From assembly GCA_963662405.2 (NCBI GenBank), contig CAXXKT010000003.1, positions 64,001 through 128,000 of the forward strand: a stretch of DNA of 64,000 nt. The letters are read 5' to 3'. Shown piece by piece: positions 30,697 to 39,501 of this stretch; positions within the stretch are counted from its first letter, which is position 1; each line of letters opens with the position of its first letter. The DNA comes from Syntrophales bacterium. Its GTDB lineage: Bacteria; Desulfobacterota; Syntrophia; Syntrophales; UBA2210. The notes beneath the pieces are model-generated. The model saw only the letters and a program-made list of their open reading frames with translations. It ran no database searches and had not been told where the DNA came from. The translations under genes were made by a program, and so were the position numbers.

Positions 30697-31406
30697 CCGG
30701 CATCCTCCAGACGAAAAACGATACTGGTCGTTACCCGTGTGGTGACGGGCCGTCCGCGCAGAAGGCCCGGCTCGAAACGCCAGGTGGTGAGTGCCTCAAG
30801 GACATTCCTGTCGAACACGCCAGGTGGATCTGCTCCCATAATCTTTATGTTCCGAACCGCCCCGTTGGTATCCACCAGAAATGTGACATTGACCTCTCCG
30901 GAGATGTTGAGCCGCCTGGCGCGGTATGGGTATGCCGGCGGTGTTTTGGCGATAGTCACAGGGACATGATCCACCTCGGTTTCGTTGTAGACTGCCCTCT
31001 CGCGGACCGTGACATTGTTCGGTCGGTCGCTGTCTGGGAACGGGAGACTCGGACTGGCGATGGGACGAGGGGTGATGTCGATATGAACCGTTTCGACGGG
31101 GAGATGCGGGAGCGTCGCCCCCTTGCTACGCAACGGTATCACCAGATCTTCAGGGACGGTCATTTCTTGTCTTTCCGGGGGCCGAACCACATCGCGGGGC
31201 TTTTCAGGTGTCGGGAGAGGGGATTCCTCGGGGAAAGAGATCGTATCAATGAATCGGAAACCTTCTGCCACGTCATTCCCGAGAGGTGTCGGTGTCTTCT
31301 GCGCCATCATAAAATAGGGCAGCACAATAAAAAGCAGTGCATTAATCAGTAAGGCGATACCCGAAATCGAAAGGTTCTGTCGGTATGATCGTTCCATCGT
31401 GATCAT
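30693..31406 (-). CDS. tonB: Energy transducer TonB
   Basis: N-terminal TM, Pro-rich linker, YPYRARR...GEV.V.F.V..G and WRFEPG. Confidence 0.92.
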   Translation of the reverse strand: MITMERSYRQNLSISGIALLINALLFIVLPYFMMAQKTPTPLGNDVAEGFRFIDTISFPEESPLPTPEKPRDVVRPPERQEMTVPEDLVIPLRSKGATLPHLPVETVHIDITPRPIASPSLPFPDSDRPNNVTVRERAVYNETEVDHVPVTIAKTPPAYPYRARRLNISGEVNVTFLVDTNGAVRNIKIMGADPPGVFDRNVLEALTTWRFEPGLLRGRPVTTRVTTSIVFRLEDAG

Positions 31407-31822
31407 CGGCCCTCCGGCCGCTTAGCGGCGATACTGACATCGGAGGAGCCGGCCAAGCGACACTGATCCATAACATCAATAACCACACCGGTGTGACTGT
31501 CACGATCAGCAATAATGACGGTTTCTCCCTCTGGGTTTTCGGCCAGTTCCTTTTCGACATAGGCGCGTACCATGCGGATATCGATCTGTTTCTTGTTCAT
31601 GAAGATCTGTCTGTTGTCGTCGATGGCAATGAAAATCGCTCCTTTCTCCCTGATCTCCGCCGTTTCTGCCATCGGTCGTTGCACATCAACGCCGGCCTCC
31701 CGGACAAAACTGGTCGTGACCATGAAAAAGATCAGGAGGAGAAAAACCAGGTCGATCAACGGCGCCATGTTGATCTCGTCACTGTACTGGGCGCTTTTGA
31801 GGGATTTGCGTGTACGAATCAT
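31403..31822 (-). CDS. exbD: Biopolymer transporter ExbD
   Basis: INMAPLIDLVFLLLIFFMVT; start overlaps the exbB stop (TGATG). Confidence 0.95.
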   Translation of the reverse strand: MIRTRKSLKSAQYSDEINMAPLIDLVFLLLIFFMVTTSFVREAGVDVQRPMAETAEIREKGAIFIAIDDNRQIFMNKKQIDIRMVRAYVEKELAENPEGETVIIADRDSHTGVVIDVMDQCRLAGSSDVSIAAKRPEGR

Positions 31823-32415
31823 CAGAGGCACCTCTGCACGGCCAGAATGGTTTCATCCAGGCGGTTGTCCAGTTTACTGGCATGTTGCTGTATCAGGCGG
31901 GCCATAAAAAGACCCGGGATGCCGACCAAAAGCCCGCTCTGTGTGGTTATCAGTGCTTCGGAGATACCCGCCGCCAGTGCTTTTGCATTGGCTGTCCCGA
32001 AAGAGGTGATTACGTCGAACGTGTCGATCATGCCGTTGACCGTTCCAAACAATCCCAACAACGGTGCCGCTGCCGCGAGGGCGGTCAGGACTTCCAGCGA
32101 GTACCACAGACGGTTTCTTTGAAGCAGTGCGTAATGGTCCAGGATATGCCGGTCCAGTTTTGTCTCACCCCGGATATGGAGAACAAACGCCCGCAGCATC
32201 GGTGTGCACAAATTGGTGGCCATGACGGACGGGAGGTGGTGCTTGTTCAGTTCCACCTGGATATCTTTTGTGTCGGCGCCGATCTTTCCCAGACGATGGA
32301 AAAAAACGAGCCGTTCGATAATCAATCCCCATGCCAGAAGAGAAACGATAATGATAAACACCATAACCGGACCGCCTGCCCGGAGGTATGCTATCGAGGT
32401 GTATACTACTTCCAT
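31822..32415 (-). CDS. exbB: ExbB (MotA/TolQ/ExbB)
   Basis: APLLGLFGTVNGMI...GISEALITT. Confidence 0.92.
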   Translation of the reverse strand: MEVVYTSIAYLRAGGPVMVFIIIVSLLAWGLIIERLVFFHRLGKIGADTKDIQVELNKHHLPSVMATNLCTPMLRAFVLHIRGETKLDRHILDHYALLQRNRLWYSLEVLTALAAAAPLLGLFGTVNGMIDTFDVITSFGTANAKALAAGISEALITTQSGLLVGIPGLFMARLIQQHASKLDNRLDETILAVQRCL

Positions 32416-32463
32416 GTCGTATGTTTCTTCACTTTCTACCGGTTCATTCCCATGAACCTTTTC

Positions 32464-33903
32464 TTAGCTGGCGATTACCCGGGAAGGCTGCGGATCGGCT
32501 TGCCCATTGATGGTGCTTTCTCTGCAGATAATGTTGCTCAGAGTCAGCGCCTTCTCCTCCATGTCTCCCGCGATATGCTCAATTCTACGTCGCAGAAACG
32601 CATGCGCCAGCATCACGGGAATGGCCACGGCAAGCCCCAGCATCGTGGTTATAAGCGCTTCTGAAATCCCGCCTGCCATCAAACGGGGATTGCCTGTTCC
32701 ATAGAGACTGATGACTTGAAAGGTCGTAATCATACCGGTCACCGTTCCGAGCAATCCCAGGAGCGGCGAAACGGCCGCCATCACACTCAGGAGGGGGAGG
32801 AACCGTTCCAGGCGCGGCAACTCTTTGAGAATCGCCTCATTGAGTATGTTCTCAAGGGTCTCACGGGATTTATGAATTGCCCCGAGACCGGCTTTCAGGA
32901 CATTTGAGACGGGGCTGTCTTTCTCCTTTGAAAGGATCCTGTGACAGCGTTCCCATTCTTCCTGAATGGCCATCTTGTTGACCCGTCCCATAAGGCGATC
33001 GGTGTTTGCATGCACTTTATGCAGGAAGATCAGACGCTCGCAGATCAGGAGAAAGGCGACCACTCCGATGGCCAGTATCGGCCAGATCAGGATGCCACCT
33101 TTCTTAAGCTTTGTCAGAAACGTGGAATGCTGTGCCACATGTTCCAACGCCGGGCCGATCGACGGATCAATGTAGACCGTATCGGACTCGCCGGTTATAT
33201 ACCGTTGTATTCCATGTCGCATCCGCCAAGGGAGTTGACCTCCCAGTGCGACAAATCGCCGATTTGTTTTGTCATACCGCAAGAAACCGACGTCACCGCC
33301 GTCCTGGTACACCGTGCAAAACGGGCCGACGGTCAGTATGCTCCCTGTCCTTTCAACCCCGTCCCGGCCGACGAAGGTACCCTCAAACCGTTCCACTTCC
33401 CCGGTCAGCCTCATTTCTTCAAAGAAGAGGTCGGCGAGGGCCTTTATGTCATCAATTCCGGGAAACCGGTGAGGATCCATGATCGATTCCAATGTACCCA
33501 GACGCTCCGGCCAGCGAGCGGTGAACTGGGAACGCTCAAGAATCGCATGCAGATCCCGGGAGACCTGGTGCACGACAGCGGCATACTCGTCAATCTGTTC
33601 CTGTTTTTCGCTTCGACGAAGGGTGAGCTCCTCTTCGTTCTGAATCAGGAGCGACAACTCCTTTTCTTTGTGGTTTACCCGATCCTGCAGTTCTTGTACC
33701 CGCGATTGCATATCCGAGATGGCCTGCTGCAGGGCGGTCTGATCCTGAAGTATCTGTTCTCGACGGAGCTTGGCTTCCGAAAGGGCGGCTTCATAAGCTG
33801 CCTGTGCCTTTTGGGATGCGGCCCGCATATCCATTGCCGATCCGGTGCCGGCACGGAACACGATCGTGCCGAAGATGATACAGAATACGATGGCTCGTCT
33901 CAT
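32464..33903 (-). CDS. Long MotA/TolQ/ExbB protein with N-terminal coiled coil (TtpC-like)
   Basis: Signal peptide, coiled coil, and C-terminal SPLLGLLGTVTGMI...GGISEALITT. Confidence 0.88.
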   Translation of the reverse strand: MRRAIVFCIIFGTIVFRAGTGSAMDMRAASQKAQAAYEAALSEAKLRREQILQDQTALQQAISDMQSRVQELQDRVNHKEKELSLLIQNEEELTLRRSEKQEQIDEYAAVVHQVSRDLHAILERSQFTARWPERLGTLESIMDPHRFPGIDDIKALADLFFEEMRLTGEVERFEGTFVGRDGVERTGSILTVGPFCTVYQDGGDVGFLRYDKTNRRFVALGGQLPWRMRHGIQRYITGESDTVYIDPSIGPALEHVAQHSTFLTKLKKGGILIWPILAIGVVAFLLICERLIFLHKVHANTDRLMGRVNKMAIQEEWERCHRILSKEKDSPVSNVLKAGLGAIHKSRETLENILNEAILKELPRLERFLPLLSVMAAVSPLLGLLGTVTGMITTFQVISLYGTGNPRLMAGGISEALITTMLGLAVAIPVMLAHAFLRRRIEHIAGDMEEKALTLSNIICRESTINGQADPQPSRVIAS

Positions 33904-34712
33904 GGGATCGCAATCCTTCCCAGGGGGAGCGAAACCGTTTCTAAGGGGTGCCGATGCAGGGCCATTTCAAAGACCTGATTAATATCTCTGCCATACCGGG
34001 TGGGAAGTGGTCCCCACCGTTCAGTCGCCCGGTTATACCACCCGATGCGTTCGCCATCCGGAGCCTTGTAGAAGAGTGATAGTCGACCAATATTCACCAC
34101 ATCCGCCGCGATAATCGTGCCGGACGTGTTGATGATCTGTGCTGATACCAGAAGATCACGGCCATATTTTGTTTCTACCTGTAACGCCTCAAGGGTACGA
34201 CGGCACTTCTCGGCCAGGGACGTGTCCAAACGGGGTAACAGGTTATTCAATTCCTTCACGCGACGCTGGCGTTCCACCGTACAAAAGGGCAGATCGTTTG
34301 CCACGAAGGAGGAAAGTCGTTCGCTGATTGTTTCCAGAGTGCATTGCATTTCCTCCTGCACCCGTTTCATCTCGATAATCGAGCGTTTCTTTTCTGCCAT
34401 CGTCTTTCGATGCACCTTCAAGTCATTCGTGAGGATCGTGTCGCGGTTTTCAAGCTGTTCGATCATGTCCTCCAGCATCTGGTATCGTTCCCTCAATCTG
34501 GCCCGCTGGCCCGCCCACCGGTTTTCCGATTTCTGGATCTCTCTGTGGACATTGATTTCCTTGACGATCGTTTCATGAACATCCAATGGATGCTCGGCAG
34601 CCCCGGTACAGATCGGTAAAAACAATAGGAAGACAATAATGCCGAAGCCTGAAGCCGCCGCGGTTTTCCCATCAATACCCATAAAATTCCCCAGTTCTTT
34701 TCGTATCATCAT
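33900..34712 (-). CDS. DUF3450 protein (TtpB-like)
   Basis: DLPF...ER..R, EKCRRTLEALQVE.KYG and IGRLSLFY; start codon uncertain. Confidence 0.85.
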   Translation of the reverse strand: MMIRKELGNFMGIDGKTAAASGFGIIVFLLFLPICTGAAEHPLDVHETIVKEINVHREIQKSENRWAGQRARLRERYQMLEDMIEQLENRDTILTNDLKVHRKTMAEKKRSIIEMKRVQEEMQCTLETISERLSSFVANDLPFCTVERQRRVKELNNLLPRLDTSLAEKCRRTLEALQVETKYGRDLLVSAQIINTSGTIIAADVVNIGRLSLFYKAPDGERIGWYNRATERWGPLPTRYGRDINQVFEMALHRHPLETVSLPLGRIAIP

Positions 34713-34909
34713 TTGCAAATCCCCTGTGGCGGGATGAAAGATTTCACGGAATCCGGTTTCTTCTCCCCGGTGAGTCAGCACTGGTTTGATTGCCACCGCA
34801 CGGACCACATCGAACCGGCCCCGGTGGCTATCGGGTTATGGGCCAACCTCGATGTCCCGGCAGAACCACGGACCCCCACCAAGCCGCAGAGATCATCCGT
34901 TCCTCTTGT

Positions 34910-34993
34910 CTATACGACGAACGCCACCAATGCGTTTATTATCATGGCTGATATACTGCCGATGAATACCACCCATTCGATTGAATCAAGCAT
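34910..34993 (-). CDS. Small 27-aa single-TM peptide MLDSIEWVVFIGSISAMIINALVAFVV
   Basis: Below the ORF-track cutoff; GAGGAAAGGA RBS and a fully hydrophobic helix; lies downstream of a candidate DtxR box. Confidence 0.5.
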   Translation of the reverse strand: MLDSIEWVVFIGSISAMIINALVAFVV

Positions 34994-35050
34994 GACGTTA
35001 TCCTTTCCTCTCCAGGGGTAGGGAGTTGAACGTCACCATATCCTCGGAAA

Positions 35051-35070
35051 AAGTTTTGTCCGCCTAACTT
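35051..35070. promoter_or_regulatory. Putative DtxR-family operator AAGTTTTGTCCGCCTAACTT
   Basis: AAGTT/AACTT arms with an internal CCTAA half-site; same geometry as 43341-43362. Confidence 0.45.
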
Positions 35071-35083
35071 GCATGTGAAAAAA

Positions 35084-35326
35084 TTAATCGGTTAATATAT
35101 ATGTTTCGCCATACGATCCCCTGATGCTGCACCGGCAACCCAGGACCCTTCTCATGGGCGCGCTGTCCTCATGCCGTTGTTTCAGTTCCACTCGCAGCCT
35201 GCCGAGACTGACAAGGGTATCCAGCGCCTCTTTCACCCGTTTCCTGTCGGCCTGCAGCTTGAAGGCCAATTCAAGGACGTTGAATCGATTCTTTTCCCTG
35301 AATACTTCCAATATCTTATCCGCCAT
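35084..35326 (-). CDS. FeoC-like winged-helix protein
   Basis: 80 aa from MADKILEVF; wHTH with C-terminal GCRC; GGGAGG RBS; feo context. Confidence 0.65.
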   Translation of the reverse strand: MADKILEVFREKNRFNVLELAFKLQADRKRVKEALDTLVSLGRLRVELKQRHEDSAPMRRVLGCRCSIRGSYGETYILTD

Positions 35327-35390
35327 AACGTACCTCCCGGTCCCGGGGAGTCGAGAAAACCGCTTCCCGATCCCGCTTAATCGTGTGTGA

Positions 35391-36707
35391 TCATGTAACG
35401 GCAACCGTATCGCTTGCTCCCTCTGGCCGGGCAACAACCCGCATCAACGATTGCGTGATGCTGGTCAGACTCGAGTTCGGGAGCATCCAATAGGGTTTCT
35501 CTCTCTTTTTACAGATCTTTTTGACGCTCAAACAGGCGTTGTGACTGTTGACGTCAACAGGACACAACACGACGTCCGACTGTCTGACCTTTTCTTCCAG
35601 CACGTTTTCGCCGCCACGCATATACCCGTCGTGATAGGCGAATACCCCCCCCTTGTGTTCAATGAGGTCGCGGTAGAGGTTCTTCATCTTTGTGATGCCG
35701 CCGACGATGAGGATTCTCTTTTTGCACAGATCGAAGGCGGGACAACTCTCATCGCACTCCTGATAGATGGCGAAGAACTGTTGAATGGTGTCATGAAATT
35801 CCCGTGTCAGATGATCGTTTTTCTCCCTCAGGTCAAACGCTTCCAGTTGCATCGTGTCCCGTTCATCTTCCAGGGAGGCGATCGACGCCTCGCCGGTCTT
35901 TACCCGTTCTTCGCTGTTCACCAACTGTTCACGGAGCGAGGCGTTCTCAGCCGCAAGCCGTTCGATTTGTGCACGTGAGGAATCACCCGTCAGCTGCGCG
36001 GTTAAATCGCTGCTTTCGAGAATTGCGGCGCGGTACTTGTTTTCCATGATCGTGAGGTTCTTCTCAAGGACGTACAGGTTCTTCATCATCTCTTTCCTAG
36101 TCTTTTTTTCTCTCCTCAACGTATCCTTCAACTGGGTGTTTTCTTCTTTGATCCTGACAGCTTCCTGCAAAGAACTCCTGATCTCGCCCCCATTGATGTG
36201 GGAGAGCATGTGCACGTCACCGAACAGTCGGGCCAGCATGGCATCGGAAAAGTGCTTGTTGGTCACGGCCACCCAGTACAGTCCGCAGATCTTCCCCTCT
36301 GCGAGCCTTTTGTTCCAGATCGGCAGGAATACCCGTTCATCACAGCCCGAGAATTCTCGTATTTCCTCGCGATATTTGTGATTCAGGAGGGTATTCATCC
36401 GCCGTGAGATACGGTTTTCACTCTTGGCCTGTGAAATCATTACACAGTGTATCTCATAAGGGGTGTACCGCCCGGGGTCACACTTCTCCTTGGCCAGGAT
36501 CTTTTTCTGCTCGGAGAGTGTCAGACAGGTCCCGATGGTTGCGCAGTAGTAAAAGTCATTGATCTGCCAGATCGCTCTCCTCTTTTCCTGTCGTCGGAGC
36601 ATTATATCCATCGGATCATTCCCGACGGGCGGCACCGTGACGCCGGCGGTATTCATGATCTTTGGGCCGTTCATCCTGTCATGTGTGTATGTTTCCATCG
36701 GATTCAT
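35391..36707 (-). CDS. DUF2325 domain protein
   Basis: N-terminal IW...C..IGTCL, WVAVT and FGDVHMLSH; coiled coil; C-terminal ILIVGG...HDG...CPVDVNSHNAC. Confidence 0.88.
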   Translation of the reverse strand: MNPMETYTHDRMNGPKIMNTAGVTVPPVGNDPMDIMLRRQEKRRAIWQINDFYYCATIGTCLTLSEQKKILAKEKCDPGRYTPYEIHCVMISQAKSENRISRRMNTLLNHKYREEIREFSGCDERVFLPIWNKRLAEGKICGLYWVAVTNKHFSDAMLARLFGDVHMLSHINGGEIRSSLQEAVRIKEENTQLKDTLRREKKTRKEMMKNLYVLEKNLTIMENKYRAAILESSDLTAQLTGDSSRAQIERLAAENASLREQLVNSEERVKTGEASIASLEDERDTMQLEAFDLREKNDHLTREFHDTIQQFFAIYQECDESCPAFDLCKKRILIVGGITKMKNLYRDLIEHKGGVFAYHDGYMRGGENVLEEKVRQSDVVLCPVDVNSHNACLSVKKICKKREKPYWMLPNSSLTSITQSLMRVVARPEGASDTVAVT

Positions 36708-36909
36708 CTCCTCCCGATCGGTTCCCGACTGAAGGGCACGTGCATGTACCGTACCGTTTCACAGTATGGTGAGATCAGGATTGCTGCCGTTCCCGTATGG
36801 GCAGTCAGGACGCGGCAAGAAAGCGCCAGTAATGATTTGATCTTTGTGTCATCGAAAACCGATCATCTCCTTGCCTGAAGTCCTGTACTGCCAATTCATC
36901 TCCCATTAA

Positions 36910-38046
36910 TCAGAACTCGAATGCCAGTTTGGCGAACACTTCATCCACAGCGTCCTGCACGCTGCTTCCACTCTCTTTTTCGTAGTTGCTCCTGCGATAC
37001 TCGACCATGAGCGTCGCGACGAAGGGATCACGTTCGAAGAGGGTATAATTGGCACCCACGGAGTACCGGTTTTCCAGGTGTTCATCCTGATCGCCGTCCA
37101 TGTCGTCATCGAATGCCTCGTAGCGCACCGCTATCTCCAGAGGATCCAAGGCCTGGCAGGCGACTGCGGCAAACCATGCGGATTCTTCATGCTCCTTGCC
37201 GGTCGCCGCGTTCTTTTCTCTGCTGAGCGCCGCGATATATTCGGCATCAAAGGTCAGGATGCCGACCTGATATTCGAGTGAAGCCCCCGCCGTTTCGTTC
37301 CGATCACCCTGTCCCGGCTCCGAGTCGAAGGAGGCGCTGAGGCTCAACCCCTCGATGGGTGCGAGCGAGACATTGAAGATATAGGAACCGACATCGTCCG
37401 TCGGGTCGGGGTTGGGGGCCCGTTCCCAGCCGTATCCCGCTTCCGATACCCTGTCGGCAAGGACCTCTCCCTTGTACACCGTGGCCGATATGTCGAACCC
37501 CCAGAGATCGGGCGTGAAGCCGATGGTTGCCCCTGTCTTGGCGATTTCATAACAATCCTGCGTGATGGGGTCGTTGATGAGATGGCTGTTGAAGACGCCG
37601 AAGGGCTGTCCCCTCTTCCCGCCGACGAAGTACAGCGGGAATGCCTCGTTCTGTATGGTGATCGTCACCTCGTCCCAGAACACCCGGTCGTCATCGCCGT
37701 CGAGGGCCTCCCCTTTGAGAATAAAGGTGCCGGTGACCCACTCGTGGAATTGGACCTCGGCACCCAGCTCGGCCGTTCCGATATCGAGATCCGATGTAGA
37801 ATCACTGTCCCGGGCGGTCATGTCGCTCGGGTCGGTATAAGAATAATCCAGCTCGATGGCGCCGCTGAAGGTGATATGATCGTCCAGCGTCTCCAGCAGC
37901 CCCGCTCCCGCCTGTTTCTGTGCGTCTATCTTCTCTTCCAGTTCTTCAATCCGATCATACAGGTCCTCTATATCCGCATCGCCTGCGTATGCGCCAGGGG
38001 TGATTATGAACATGAGGATGAATGCCGCGATAAGTAGTCTTTTCAT
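36910..38046 (-). CDS. LbtU-family siderophore/iron porin
   Basis: Signal peptide and coiled coil; FSGAIELD, PFGVFNSHLINDP; acidic barrel with terminal EF. Confidence 0.75.
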   Translation of the reverse strand: MKRLLIAAFILMFIITPGAYAGDADIEDLYDRIEELEEKIDAQKQAGAGLLETLDDHITFSGAIELDYSYTDPSDMTARDSDSTSDLDIGTAELGAEVQFHEWVTGTFILKGEALDGDDDRVFWDEVTITIQNEAFPLYFVGGKRGQPFGVFNSHLINDPITQDCYEIAKTGATIGFTPDLWGFDISATVYKGEVLADRVSEAGYGWERAPNPDPTDDVGSYIFNVSLAPIEGLSLSASFDSEPGQGDRNETAGASLEYQVGILTFDAEYIAALSREKNAATGKEHEESAWFAAVACQALDPLEIAVRYEAFDDDMDGDQDEHLENRYSVGANYTLFERDPFVATLMVEYRRSNYEKESGSSVQDAVDEVFAKLAFEF

Positions 38047-38224
38047 GTAGTTGTGCTCCTCTTTTCGATTGTTCCCATTGACATTCCGGAAAAATCGTCC
38101 TATGAAATAGAAAGCCCGTGAAGGCGCAACTCCCCACCGGGAGGTGCTGCCTTCGAAGGTCCGTGGAGGGTCAGCAAGGGGGGGGGCGCCAAACCGTTTC
38201 CCCCTTGCTGACCCTTCTTCATTA

Positions 38225-39043
38225 TTACATGTCGAGCGCCTGGACCCAGATAACGGCATCCTGTGAAAGCTCCTTGCCGTTGTGTGTCAGATCTCCGCCG
38301 GCGCCCAGGGCGGCGAATCCCCACCATCCCGCCTTCGGGATACCGAACACGAAGACGCCGTCGTTATCCGCCTTGATGGTCTGGGTGATCATGGCGTCAT
38401 GGGGCGCCTCGACCGCAGCCTTTTTCGCGAAGGCGTTTCCCACCACCGCGTGGTTCAGGTATTCCACCTCGATCTCGGCGCCGGGGACCGGTTTCCCGTG
38501 GCAGGTCACCACACCCCGAAAGACATTACCGACCCACAGGGCGTACGGCTTGTCGAGCGGGATGATCTCGACGGGGAGCGGATCGCCCACCGGGCTGTCC
38601 CAGTCCGTCGGTGCACCGGCCACGTTGAGGATCACCTTGGTGCAGTGCTGGATGTAGATATCCTCCGACCCCTCATAGTAGGGGGCGGGGACGAAATAGT
38701 AGACATAATCTCCCATTCCCCGGAGGCGTACATCGGCCTCGTAGGCCTTTCCCTCGTTTGTCAGGCTGGTGAAGGTGATCGGCTTCAGGGTATTGAGCAG
38801 ATCCTTTTTCTTTTCCTTGTGCACCACACCGAAGGCGACCGGAGAGTGAATCTCTCCCTTTTCGTCCTTCCCCATATCCATGGTGTGACCCGCCTCAAAA
38901 GGGTGCGTAAACACCAGCTTGAGGGTCAGTTTTTTCGAGGCCGGGACGCTGTCGGGGGCGTAAATCATCTGGAAGTGTGCCCCTGCCGGGGCACTTAGCG
39001 CGAACACCAGCAGTGCGGATAATCCTAGTATGATCTTTTTCAT
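38225..39043 (-). CDS. DUF4198 (NikM-like) periplasmic protein
   Basis: AGA|HFQMIY, FTHPF, EIIPLDKPY and GWWGFAAL. Confidence 0.9.
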   Translation of the reverse strand: MKKIILGLSALLVFALSAPAGAHFQMIYAPDSVPASKKLTLKLVFTHPFEAGHTMDMGKDEKGEIHSPVAFGVVHKEKKKDLLNTLKPITFTSLTNEGKAYEADVRLRGMGDYVYYFVPAPYYEGSEDIYIQHCTKVILNVAGAPTDWDSPVGDPLPVEIIPLDKPYALWVGNVFRGVVTCHGKPVPGAEIEVEYLNHAVVGNAFAKKAAVEAPHDAMITQTIKADNDGVFVFGIPKAGWWGFAALGAGGDLTHNGKELSQDAVIWVQALDM

Positions 39044-39067
39044 CTTCTTCTCCTTATTGTTGTATTT

Positions 39068-39391
39068 TCATTCGGTAATATCTTCGCCCTTGACCTCGAC
39101 GGCATGGCCGGGTCCCGCGTCGAAGATCACGGTATAGGAACCCGAGGGTTTATCAAAAGTGAACTCACTGCAGTCGTCCATCTTTCCCTTTGTGAGCTCC
39201 GTCCCGTTTGCATCATTCACCGTCATGCTGACGCCGGCCCCCGACGAACCGTCGGAAAACCCGCCCTCGCAGGTTACCGTTCCGTCTCCGTTGTCATAAC
39301 AGGAACAGAGGGGCGTGTGCGCCTGTGCGGCCGTAACCAGAAACGCCATCATCACGACTATTCCACACGAACAGATAATCCATCGCTTCAT
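39068..39391 (-). CDS. Small secreted protein (HTPLCSC family)
   Basis: AQA|HTPLCSCYDNGDGTVTCEGGFSDGS...FDAGPGH; GGAGG RBS. Confidence 0.8.
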   Translation of the reverse strand: MKRWIICSCGIVVMMAFLVTAAQAHTPLCSCYDNGDGTVTCEGGFSDGSSGAGVSMTVNDANGTELTKGKMDDCSEFTFDKPSGSYTVIFDAGPGHAVEVKGEDITE

Positions 39392-39501
39392 CTTTTCACC
39401 TCCCTTCTCTTTGCTTTTTGTTTTTGTACCCCCTGTCACGATTCGCGGTGAAGCGCGAGGGGAATGGAACACGTTGAAAAACAAACACCATGTGTGAAAT
39501 A

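Noticed and set aside
34828..34896. Second micro-ORF MISAAWWGSVVLPGHRGWPITR
   Set aside because: It has a GAGG upstream but no compositional or motif support; left uncalled.
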